DNA of 64,000 nucleotides. It comes from Microthyrium microscopicum (lineage: Eukaryota). Below, one piece after another: positions 13,297-24,510 of this stretch. A program made the position numbers and the translations under genes. Positions within the stretch are counted from its first letter, which is position 1, and the number at the start of each line of letters is the position of its first letter. Below the pieces are notes generated by a model. The model made no database searches and was not told the origin of the DNA. It worked only from the letters and a program-made list of their open reading frames with translations. Location: the NCBI GenBank assembly GCA_010405405.1, contig MU004231.1:3342401-3406400 (forward strand), in the 5' to 3' direction.

Positions 13297-14037
13297 CTAG
13301 CTCTTAGCAACAGTAACAGCATGAACATACTTCAACTTCCCCCCCTCAACCCTGAATTCATGACTATCCGGCATCCCACCCCCAAAATTAACAAACGCAT
13401 CAACCGTCCCGTACGCCTCATCGATAACATATCGTCGATTCGTCATCTTCATATTCCCCTTTGGTATGCCCGCCGTACAATCTGGCGCCACATGCATCAT
13501 GCCCTCCAACCGCTCACACGGACTCGCATGCGGTACAGGCACACTCTGATTCGCAAAACGATCAAAGTACGCATCCGCAATACTCTGAATCACCGCCCGT
13601 GTATCTCTCTGACCTTCCGGAATCATTGGCCGACTCTCTTTCGCAGCGTAGGAAGCGAAGACGGCCGGATCAGCGATCCACCCGTTTTCTTTAGTCGTGT
13701 AGAGCGTTTCCATTTTAGAGACTTTGTTATCTGTGTAGCGTGTTTGGGTTACTATGACCATCGGCGGTGTGTTTTCAGGGGCGTTGATTTCGCTAAAGGT
13801 CGCGCAGGCGGTTGTGTCGAGGAGATGGCGCGTGAGGCCGACTTTGATGGGCTTGGAGTGGATGCCCTTTGCCAGAGAGGAGGGTTTGAATTGCTCGGTG
13901 TAGGTGCTGGCTTGGAGACCGCTGCCGGCTTTTAGGGAGGAGATGTAGGTGTCGGCGTGCTTTTGGAGGGATTCACGGGTACATTCTGCGGCGACGTGGG
14001 TGGCTAGGAGGGCTGATAGGGTGAGGAGTTTGACCAT
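13297..14037 (-). CDS. Conserved fungal secreted protein (DUF8021-like), 246 aa
   Basis: Signal peptide ending AAECTRESL. Motifs LDTTACATFSE, ADAYFDRF, PCERLEG, NRRYVIDE, PDSHEFRVEGGKLKYVH. Family assignment is from memory. Confidence 0.7.
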   Translation of the reverse strand: MVKLLTLSALLATHVAAECTRESLQKHADTYISSLKAGSGLQASTYTEQFKPSSLAKGIHSKPIKVGLTRHLLDTTACATFSEINAPENTPPMVIVTQTRYTDNKVSKMETLYTTKENGWIADPAVFASYAAKESRPMIPEGQRDTRAVIQSIADAYFDRFANQSVPVPHASPCERLEGMMHVAPDCTAGIPKGNMKMTNRRYVIDEAYGTVDAFVNFGGGMPDSHEFRVEGGKLKYVHAVTVAKS

Positions 14038-15961
14038 CGTGAACTTATCTCGTGGGACTAGAGTGAAGTGAAGTTGAGTCAGGATCTGGTGAGCTAGTTT
14101 TTTTGACAGTTATGTGAGGCTATATTATCTATTCTTCTTCTATTGATGGAGTTGAACTGTATTTGGTTATAGTAGAGCATATTTGATGGATACATTAAGG
14201 ACTGGATTGTTATCTCTTTCGGTAATTCAGTAATTCGTGAGACCACCGTACTGTCCGTGCTTGAGATCTTTACAGCTATCTATACAGTGAAATCAGTTTT
14301 TCCGTAATGAGTTATGAGAGGGGCAGAGGATTAAGGGAATTATCTAATAAATATCTATTACTCTTCTTTGCTTAGAGTGCCGAGCAAACGGCTTCAATAC
14401 CACTCCCGAAGGTAATACCGATGCCGAATATATTTGAGGAAATATACCCTACGGCTATCAACTTGAAACTTGTTGGAAAGCATGACGTAGAGAAGATACT
14501 CATAGTCTTGGATTTGCGAAGTCTTCGCACACTTGTTCAGGAGTGGCCAGATATGGGAGACGATAGATTGTGGTGTTGAGTACGATTTGTCCTACCAGTC
14601 ACTGAATGAATTTGACCTATTGAGTAGCCATTTCAGGCTTTCTTTATCACCAGAACTTACAAAACATTTATCTTTCTGTAAATCAAGTTCTTATTTGGAG
14701 TTCCGTGAAGCTTGTTGCTAGTGGTAAGTCCTCCATGATTCGAAATCGATTCAGGAAGACGAAAATGAAATTCCATTGAGAGTCACACAAACTATGATTT
14801 TCACTAAACTTTCTCCAAGCTTTTGACAATTAGACACAGCCCAAAGCTGTCGTAATAGTCTTGTTCCAACGCGCGTTCGTTTTGTGGACCGATGAGGAAG
14901 CTATGTGTCTGTGAAAAGAGGGGAGACATCATACTCATATCCTGTTCGAATGGAATCTTGCGTGCAAACTCGCGGTATAGGCTCTCAAGGTTCAATAATA
15001 CAAGTGCTTAGATACTAGAATTTCTCTGTATGAACCCTTCGCGGGATATTACAGGCACGTGTTAATACTTGATTGCCCGATCGAGAGCGAGGGTCTTGAG
15101 GAGAATGCACACTTGCACAAATGCCGAAGCCCCGAAAGCACCAAAAACGGACTTGACCAGGATATACTGGACTTGGCATGAGCTTATTCCAAAAGCCAAG
15201 ATTCATAGTGGCTTTGCAAACCAGTCATTTGGTCCTTATCTTGAACCCTCAGTGGCTGGCACAGCTGGATAGCCGGGGTATTATGCACGATTTGGACCGT
15301 ACCCCGCCTGCTAAGGTCTCCCAAGTCCGGACGACTGAACGGAAGACCATGTGCCGTTGTGCTACGTGTAATTAGAACTGTGCAATAAATATTGACATGT
15401 TACGAAGATTGTAGATAGGTGCATAGCCTACTCATTGGTAGGAGCAAGGGCCGAATGTTTGGAAACAAGAAGCTTTTGCCAGCCACTGCAGCGTCATATT
15501 TCATTTACAGAGTTGACAAGCCCTGCTCGGATCTTGGAAGATGAACTGAAACGCCACATCTATCAGGTGCAGTAACCTCCAAGGTAGTGATGTCAATAGG
15601 GCTAGCTTGCGACCGTTTGCAGAGGCTCGTGGTTACATCCAGCCACGCATTGGTCCATGAATCCATTGCGTGCATTGATACCGAAGCGATTGGTCTCAAA
15701 TTCAAAGTACATTTTCCCTGTGCTGGCTCGGTGCTAAGCAGTATCGAACGATAATAGCCTGCATTATTGGAACAGCGGTGGATAGCCCTGTCTTACAAGC
15801 GCGGAAGCTGTTTATGGCATGCCACTAAGCACCGATTTGATATCCATCTGTCAGGGAGAGCAAATGAAATGACATGCTCTATACATGGGCCCACATATTT
15901 CATGCAAGAGACCAGACCCATTCTTGTTCCAAGGAAGGAGAAAGTTGGCAGACGCTCGGCG

Positions 15962-15967
15962 TATAAA
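15962..15967 (+). promoter_or_regulatory. Candidate TATA box of the first CaaX peptide gene
   Basis: TATAAA lies just upstream of a C/A-rich 5'UTR-like stretch that leads into the intron at 16074-16140. Confidence 0.4.
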
Positions 15968-16155
15968 GCTTGACGAGTCTGTAGCATTTTTGGCTTTTCG
16001 CACAAAGACATTTCAGCACTTCAAATCAACATCAAATCAATTCTTCACCCTTTCCACCCACAAACTACCTCAAGTATGTTCCCATAGCAATGTCACTCTT
16101 GACAATGTCGCGCGAACAATATACTAACCTGTCTCTGTAGCATCCTCTTGTCAAG

Positions 16156-16248
16156 ATGATCGCCACAATCAAGCCAATCAAGCACACCTGCGGAGAGAGC
16201 TGCGAATGCTGCGGAATCGGTGAATCCTGCGGATGCGTTGTCATGTAG
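16156..16248 (+). CDS. 30-aa Cys-rich peptide with C-terminal CaaX (MIATIKPIKHTCGESCECCGIGESCGCVVM); copy 1
   Basis: TCAAG-ATG start context. 5'UTR intron 16074-16140 (GTATGT..ACTAAC..TAG). Paralog at 16968. Absent from the ORF track because it is under 60 aa. Confidence 0.85.
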   Translation: MIATIKPIKHTCGESCECCGIGESCGCVVM

Positions 16249-16967
16249 ATACACCATCAAATACAAGACATCAATAACTCCAACATGCTTCCTTCGTGTC
16301 TCGATAACTGAAATAGACAACTGCTCCTCCTTCCTATTCAGCTCCAACTGATCCTTGCTCTTACCGCTCAACGTGGTCGTCTAGCTCCAAAACAAGAAAT
16401 CACGAATCTCAGTCCACCAGTGTCTCCCATCCCTGAAAATTGTACCCTTGACAATCCTTCTTCTCAACGCATTCGCCAACTATCGTGACTCTATCTAACC
16501 TTTGTACTTGTAGTTGTAGGATTGTAGTTGAGAATTCCTCTTGGCACCAAGAAGCCAAGAAAGAGGCACAAACACTAGTGACGTAGCGGGCTTTTCTGAA
16601 CAACGTGTGCACACCGCTCGTGCCCATTTGAAGCTGGTGGTGCATCCATGATACGAGCCTGTGAGTCCAGAACCTTGGAGAGGGTTTGGAGGGTTTTTTG
16701 CCTTGATTTCTATTTTGACCTAGAGTGCATGTGCTTTTCCGAAACCAATTGCCCTCTACTCTACAAATAAATACAATCCCTTCCCCAGCCTCAAACCTTC
16801 CTTCTTCTCACCTTTCAATTCAAAGACAACTTCAATCTCAATCCCAGCGCTTACACAGAAACCACCCAACCAATTCTACTCCCACAACCGTAAGTCTTAG
16901 CATTTCTTACCCCACCTTTTCACTCGCGGAAAAGACCATTTCAACTAATTGCCGCAGAACCTTCAAA

Positions 16968-17063
16968 ATGCAACCTACACTCATCAAGCCAGTCAAGCAC
17001 ACTTGCCACGAATCCTGCGACTGCTGCGGAATCCGCGAGAGCTGTTCGTGCGTGGTCATGTAA
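16968..17063 (+). CDS. 31-aa Cys-rich peptide with C-terminal CaaX (MQPTLIKPVKHTCHESCDCCGIRESCSCVVM); copy 2
   Basis: TCAAA-ATG start context. 5'UTR intron 16890-16957 (GTAAGT..ACTAAT..CAG). 21 of the last 26 residues match copy 1, with several synonymous codon differences. Confidence 0.85.
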   Translation: MQPTLIKPVKHTCHESCDCCGIRESCSCVVM

Positions 17064-18192
17064 ATCAGCCATACGAGCACGAGTGCGAGCGCGAACGAAA
17101 TGGCGCTGCGTCTGCGGGCATCTGCTGTGCTGCCGATCCTTTTCGTCTAAACAGCCGAGGAGGGCAATTCTAGCTCTGCGAACTACTGAGACAAGGACAA
17201 CACTGTTTATATGATATACCTATAAATGGAGCTAGCTTAGCACGATAATCACACTCCTTCTCGACAAATTGCTATTTTCTGAAGCTGCCATGTTCTAGTA
17301 TACTTGCTAATCCTGTGAGGAGTCAGTGGCTCGACTCGTTCATGCTCTGAAGCATCAGCGCAAATATTATACAAGTCTTCCAATCTCGAATTACCTTCGT
17401 TCATTGGAACAATACACGCAAAATCTATTTCAAGAACATTCCATGGTCCAAGTGTGTCCAATTAATAACCTGGCAAAGGGCAAAGAACAAAGCCACACAC
17501 TGACGAAACACTACACGAATCCTACAGTATCTCCATTGCCTGGTGGATTCAAAATATACAAGCTGTAATGAGGCTACCTGGCTCAGCCTCAATGAACCCT
17601 TCCTTCTCAACAGAACTTGTTGAAGATACATACCTTCTGATATCCTCAATGCAGTTTGAAATATTTTCAACAAACGTCACTGATCATCATTCACACATTT
17701 GTCCAAACAGTTCAGTTAGCAAATACACCCTCGCTAGTACATTGTCAACTTTACGCAAACTTTTTTTCCAATCAACGATTTATATCAAGACCAGGTATAT
17801 CCCAACTTAAACACTTGTCTTGTTGTCCTAGATGATTTGTACTAACCTATAAAGAGCTTTTTTTCTTTTCAAAACGAAAATGAAGCCGATAATTTCATCA
17901 CCCGTTAAGAATACATGTTCGGAATCTTGTAGCTGCTGTGGCTGCTCCGAGTCTTGCTCGTGTTGTGTTATAATGTGATGGTTATATCAAAGTACACGAT
18001 TTGACGACTACGGAAGTGGACACCTTTGATTTCATCGAATGAGGATTGACTCTTATTTTGTTGTCCAAACGATGGACAACTTTATGGGCTCATAACGATA
18101 CATACAAAAACTGTTGACCATTCATCTTGGTTATCACATATCAATACATTTCTTTCCAAGATCCTAGCGTTGAAAGCATCGGCACAAATGTC

Positions 18193-20195
18193 CTAGATAT
18201 GAGTTTCTCTCACCTTCCTACCTTCCTCACAGGCCGTAATCTCCAAGCCTTCCAGCTTCCCATCCTCCCTCCAATCCTTAAGCACAGCATGATAATCCGC
18301 AATCCCTTTACCCCAAGCGCCCCTACGCGCAAGCGTATCTTGCACTTCTTGCGGCAAAGTAGCCAGCAGATCCATCTGGCCCTCCGCATTCATATACGAA
18401 GGTGTACATCCCATCATTGCCTTTCCATGAGACGCCATCTGACTGACTCGATAACCCCATTCATCTTCCGCTTCGGCGGTAGGTTCAATTGAAATTGTTG
18501 AGCCATACTTCTTCTGCGCTGTGGTGAGGATGTAGCTGACATGTTGGGCCGTTGAGTCTAGGACGAAGACAAAGTTTGCCGCTGAGCCGGATTGGCTGGG
18601 TCCGTTCTGGAAGAGGTTTGGAAAGTCGCGAGTGACGATCCCTTGTAACATGACTCCGGCTTGTTCACCTAGTTTTTGTGTCATACTATGTCCGCCGCGG
18701 CCGATGATGGTGACGGAGGCGCGGGAGGATGGGTCGGTGTATTTTGATGGACTTTCGTAGCCGGTTGCGAAGATTAGGACGTCGACGGGGTAGTCTTTGC
18801 CTTCAAAGGTGACGCTTTTGGAGTTGATTTTGGAAATGCTTTTGCCGTCTGTGTGGACGAGCGATACATTTGGTTTGTTGAATGCGTCGAGATATTCATC
18901 GTGGAAAGCTGGTCGTTTGCACCATGTTGGATACCAGGGTTTCAGATCTTCTGCTGTTTTTGCGTCTTTGACGATTGATGAGACTCTGGCGCGAACTTTC
19001 TCTTGGTGTGGTATATCTTTCTCGCGGAGTCCTTTGACATGCTCTGCTTCATTTTCGCGTGTCACGGTCCTGGGAGATCCTATGAGAGCATAATAGGTGG
19101 GAAGTGTAGTCCAAGCATCGCCGATCAAATTTGGGGTTGTTGATGGTCTGACTTGCGCGACGCTGGCGTTGAAGTTTTCATTTCGTGCTCTCCACCAGCC
19201 TTTCTGTGCTGACAGTTTTGCCCATTCAGTGGGATCTGTGGTCTTGTTTCCGCGCTCGTTCACTGAAGATGGTGTACGTTGGAAAACAGTCACTTGCTTT
19301 GACCATTTAGCCAGTGCCGGGACGATCTGGATTCCGGTTGCTCCTGTTCCAATGACACCGACTGATTTGTCCTTCAAATTGGTCATGTTAGGATTGCTAG
19401 GAGATCCGCCCGTGGCAGCATAGTCCCAGCGAGAAGTATGAAAGATTGAACCCTCAAAGTCGGAAATGCCTGGAACATTGGGAAGTTTTGGCTTAGAAAG
19501 CACGCCTGTAGAGAGCATGACAAACTGAGAGCGAACAGACACATTAGGGTGTGCATCTTCAGCAAGATTCTTGAAATTGAGAGTCCATTCCTTGGTCTTG
19601 TCGTCCCACATCATGTCTTTCAATTCGTATTTGAAGATCGCTTGGTCGGTCAATCCCCATCTCGTAGCAATAGCATCTGCATGAGCCTGCAATTCTGTCC
19701 CACTGACATACTTTTCTGTAGGCATATAGTCCATCTCTTCGAGTAGCGGCATGTAGATGTAGCTTTCCACGTCACACATGAGTCCAGGATATCGATTCCA
19801 GTACCAAGTTCCGCCAAATCCGCCCGCGGAGTCAACGATATGGATATCCGAAACTGGAATTCCTGCTTCAATCAAGCGGACTGCGAAGAGTAATCCTCCG
19901 TAGCCAGCGCCAATAATCAAGTACTTGAAAGATGCTCCATTGACTGTTCTTTGTGGTACTTTTTGCTGCCATGGATCTTTAGCAAAGCTTTGGAACTTGT
20001 CCGTCTTGGACAGATCGATGTACTGGAAATTTCCATCTTGACGATAGCGTTTCTCTTTTTCTTCGGTGTATTTGCGCTCAATCTCAGCCTGTTTAGTCTT
20101 AGCGAGCTAGATCAAACTTCTCTTGAAAATGGTCCTACCTGGCTGTCTTTTGACACTGCTTCTGCACCGCCTTTTCCAGATTCGTGGTTAGACAT
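18193..20195 (-). CDS. Type I Baeyer-Villiger monooxygenase (FAD/NADPH); 2 exons
   Basis: GAGYGG, GGTWYWNRYPG, BVMO fingerprint FEGSIFHTSRW, second Rossmann GTGATG, ATGY, CTPSYMNAEG. A short first exon starts at ATG 20195 and is followed by one intron before AEIERKYTEEKEKR. Confidence 0.9.
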
Positions 20196-20866
20196 GTTTG
20201 GGACACTACTGAATACCTGCTTGAGGACTACTCTGCAAAAACAACAGATGATGAAGATAGATTTGAGATCCTGTCCGGCCACGGGAAGAAGCTCATATTA
20301 AGACTCAACATCTCGTCGCACAGTAGGGATAAGTCATTTTAGCTTTCAACCTTAGGCCTTGGCTTGTATAAGCCAATGATTTCTATCTATCAGCGTACGC
20401 ATATGCACATATTATCGTTATTTGTGTATCATACCGTCTTTACATATACGAATCCGAATTTGGAAAAACAAGACTTAGACGGAGCAAAGTAGGAGCAAGC
20501 TAATCTGTAAACGGGAGGATCTGCTTTGCTCGAACCGTCCCATCGGTTTGCTAAAGTGACTTCCGGTTCCGTAGGTCAAGAGAGATCATCTCGGATGTGG
20601 AAAATAGGGCCATCCGAAATAGTTTAAAGCACAAAAATTGTTCTCAGAGCGGTAATGATGAATAGTCAGGTCCGCAATACTTTAAAAATCGGCAAATAAT
20701 GTTTCCTTGGGTTCGTCTGCCGTCCGCTGCTTTATCTATTTGACTTTGCTAGCATTGATACCTTGTACCTTTATTTGCGTATAATATTTTCCAAGATTAA
20801 GGAGGGAATTCAGAGATTCGAAGTTTTTGAATATCTCTAACAAATGCAAACTTGTTCCAAGAATAT

Positions 20867-21930
20867 TTAGAGACTGATGGAGAATTTTTCTCCAGTCGCA
20901 TCTTCCACCTTCTTGATTGCTCTTTTGTACGCTTCTCTGTTATGTATCATATCGACATATTCGAGAATCTTGGGATACTTCTCCTTTGTGAGACCACTCC
21001 GGCCTGGAGCCACCTCAAGTGGGAATATCATCATAATGTCCTTGAGTTGTTATCAGCAATTGAAAATGGGGAAAGGAACGATTCTGCATACCGCTCCAGA
21101 TAACTCTGGTCCTGCGAGGAACTTGCCATTTTGTGGACTAGTTGCAAGCTGCTCCTCAATAAAGTTTAGATGATTTGCAAAACTCGGCTTCAGAAATGCA
21201 GAATCGACTCCTGAAGCAACTGCCCCAGTTATGGGTCGAATGAAAAATGGGACGCTTGGCCCTCGTATCTCTACAAACTGTTAGAGAAAGAGGAATAATT
21301 GTATCGACAGCATAGCTTACCACCGAGTATCAAGGCGACAATCAAAAGTGGCATAACACTTCATACCATTAGTATGCAACAAAGAATTACTGTCTTCGCT
21401 CGAATGTTCTTACCTGCCCTCTGCATAATGCAAGAAATACTTGTATCGTAGCCACTCTGCAGTTTCGCCGCCGACTTGTCCTTCCTTTCCTGGTCCATAA
21501 CGCTTGGGAGCTAGTTGAGGACCAAAATGCTCAATCAAGTACTCTGTGATCAGACCAGACTCGGCAATGACGATTGGCTCCGAGGTAGCATCAGCTTGAA
21601 CTGTAATCACTGGTGATTTTCCAAGAGGGTGGATTTTCTTGAGCTCTGGAGGCGCGAGCCTGGATTCCAGGCGTTTGAATGTCTTGAGTTCATACTCGAT
21701 TCCTAGCTCTTCGAGCAGCCAAAGGATGCGATGAGATCTGGACTTTTCAAGCCTATATTGACAATTAGTACGAGGAGTTGAACCTGTGAATTTCGCGGTT
21801 CAATCGCAATTGGAATTGAAATTGTGCTCTCCTAAGCCTTTTGCGTGATCAAGGGGTTGTGACGTCACGGAAAGTTTACGTACCAGTAAAGTGTGATTTT
21901 TGCCTGCTGTTTTGGAGTTTCAGTAGCCAT
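20867..21930 (-). CDS. Glutathione S-transferase (Gtt1-like); 4 exons
   Basis: ITLYW|LEKSRSHRILWLLEELG, LKKIHPLGKSPVI, AESGLITEYL, YKYFLHYAEG, FLAGPELSGADMQN, ending FSISL-stop. Confidence 0.88.
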
Positions 21931-22691
21931 ATTGATGTTGTATCAATGAGTAGGGATCTTGTGTAACGTTCGCGTGGCTTCGATCTGTGTAATTAGGCGA
22001 CTTGTATGATGACAAGGGTAGCAAAATGAAAGAGGTTGGCGACATCTTGTCTTTAAGGAGTAGTCCGCTCGACCTAGTGATCTTAGCCGCAACGTTGCAT
22101 GTGTCATTGACGTCCTTAGGAAAGCTTCTCATTTCAATATCTGGAGCCCTGGTAAACATCATGTGAATGTTCCCGGAAAAGAAAACGTTTATCAATAATG
22201 GACCGAGAAACGACTATATCTTTGAATCCATATCCGACATAAACCAGTAGATACCAATGCTACCTGAGTAGGTAGGTAATTTGCGAATAGAATGTATTTG
22301 TGAGGTAGACTGCGATAGGAATGCAAGATAATTACGTTTTTCTGAAATCCTCTAGGGAATACCTGAATGGTTGAAATCAATCTAGTCTTAGCTGTACATT
22401 GCGAACTAATCAGCATCTCTGGGTGGAAATTTGACAGGCATTTTATGTATGCAAAAGTTATGCTATGCGGAATATATACTATATCATTACTGTATCATTA
22501 CTGTCTTGAAAACTTCAAGAAGCGTCTGCGTGAGACCAATCTCCACAAAATGTGTCGGCGAGAGTTGATGACTTATACAATTTTTGCTCTGGTACTTCAT
22601 TTTATCTCCCGTCATATTCTTGTATGCCAACTCCTTCAAATTGACCAGAGTATTGGTTCTTGATCCGTCCTTGGATTTGACCCCGGGCTAT

Positions 22692-23291
22692 TCATTCGAA
22701 GTTCTCATTCTCTTCGGTAATGCTGTATAAATCGTCGGGAGGAGCGTGCCATGTGTGTCTACTTCGTTTGTGAGGAATTCTAGGTGGAGGGTCTTTTTTG
22801 GTTGTGGCAGCTGGCTTTGAGAAAAATTGTTGGACCTGTCCTGTTGTGGGTTCGTGCTTGCTGGCTGACGATGACTTGGAACTATCATGCTTCTTCCTTT
22901 TATGCTTCGCAGCTTCTTCCTTACCAACTTTGATATCAGACTTTTCTGTCGACTTGGGTGATTCTTGATGGGCATAGTGACGGCGAATGAATCGAGCCCA
23001 TTTTCGTGCGATGGACGTGCGGAACTTGTAGGCCTTTTCACTGCTCTTGGAAATAGATGGGTGAGATCCCACGATCCCGGCGCTGGAAGCCAGTGCGTCT
23101 AGAGTAGGTTCGTAGTCGTCTTCCTGAGAAGGTGACACGAAATGAGCAAATGGATCGTCGTCTATGTCGGGTAGTGGGACGTGGATGGTTGATATGTCGA
23201 TGAGTTCAAGAGATGGTGGATATGAATATCTTCGGTGATGATGCTTCCTGGGTAAGTGGTTGTTTGCGTCGCGGCTAGGCATCGTGCTCAT
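22692..23291 (-). CDS. Hypothetical basic, disordered protein, 199 aa
   Basis: Single ORF with motifs DDDPFAHFVSP and HTWHAPPDDLYSITEE, which resemble conserved Pezizomycotina hypothetical proteins. Confidence 0.6.
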   Translation of the reverse strand: MSTMPSRDANNHLPRKHHHRRYSYPPSLELIDISTIHVPLPDIDDDPFAHFVSPSQEDDYEPTLDALASSAGIVGSHPSISKSSEKAYKFRTSIARKWARFIRRHYAHQESPKSTEKSDIKVGKEEAAKHKRKKHDSSKSSSASKHEPTTGQVQQFFSKPAATTKKDPPPRIPHKRSRHTWHAPPDDLYSITEENENFE

Positions 23292-24510
23292 ATGACCATG
23301 GATATGCTCGCATTACGCTCAGATGGATAAATAAGTATTTGTAGATAGCGATGAAGGTGAAGTATTTAGCGTTTCTTGGTCCGGCTCGAGGCCGGCCAAT
23401 AATCAAGCAGCCAAAATGGAAGATGGGAGTGAGGAGATAAAGAAGATCCAACTTTGGTTCAATTTTCAAACTGGGGGATGAAAGTGTGGTACTTATATGG
23501 TAGGCCTCCGCAGTTTGAAATAGGCAGTCAAGGCAGTTAACTAGAGCCTCATTCAGTGGCGCAGGACCAGAACTATTGGGTGGTGACTCCGGTGAAACAT
23601 GGTAGGCTGCGTTGACCACTCAGTAGATATTGTAGTTACCAGTGACCGATGGAAGTACCATTGAGAGACAGAAATACTAGCAAGCAAACTCGAATGATCA
23701 ATAAGACAGAGCTTTAAGTAGGAAAATCCTTGAAGAGAGTAATCGTGGAAGCTTACGAATGGCAGCACGCGATGAATGGTGCGCGTGACAGACGCGCGCC
23801 TTTGGGACACTGGTGTAGGCTTGTAGATGAGGGAGAAGGTTCGATCTTGGGCGCATATCACCATGCAGTGTTCCTACATAACATGAGTAGTTCGTTGATG
23901 AGAAGAGCGCGCGCAAGTTTGACTTGAAGGTCATGATGCGAGATGGATTCTAGGGAGTTCCGCAAGGCGAAGCACTTGCAGGCGCACAGCTCAGCGAATG
24001 ATTGGTTATGACTGGGTCACCGAAGACCAGATTGAGCTGAGAGGCCGGTGAGCGGCAACAGGTTAAATGATGAGGCTCCATTGCGTTGCCACGTCGAAAA
24101 GAGTCGAAAATGAAGATAGAATATGGACTACGAAAAGGGTTGACGAATTGATCTCAAAAAAAGGCAGTGAGGACACGGAAGAAGGCAACGGCAGGGATGG
24201 GTGCGCGGCCCGAAACGCAGAATTGGCGCTAGCCTCAAGGAGGTTGGTATACCTGGTTACCACTGTTTACCAACGAAAGGCTGAGAGCTACCAACCCCCT
24301 CCACTTTTCAGCCCAACCACCAAAGGAAAAGACCACTTTTACTTCTCCTACCTTCTGCCCTCACTAAATCTATTCTCAACATTCCACACTCATCCAACAT
24401 CCAATAATTCTCAACTCAACAACTCGAACTTTGATCAATTGCCCTACACCAACAACTCTTCTGAACAGTCCGACTATCAACCACCGCGAGCCTTGTGCTC
24501 AAACTGAGCC

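Noticed and set aside
14390..15000. Stop-interrupted minus-strand reading frames
   Set aside because: No family motif is recognisable, and they cannot be distinguished from intergenic sequence by eye.
16725..17063. 112-aa track ORF as the real product
   Set aside because: It starts at GTG and reads through 5'UTR and intron sequence. Paralog similarity begins only near ATG 16968.
24067..24290. ATGATGA...CTGA as a C/D snoRNA
   Set aside because: The boxes are ~210 nt apart, with no terminal stem or recognisable rRNA guide.
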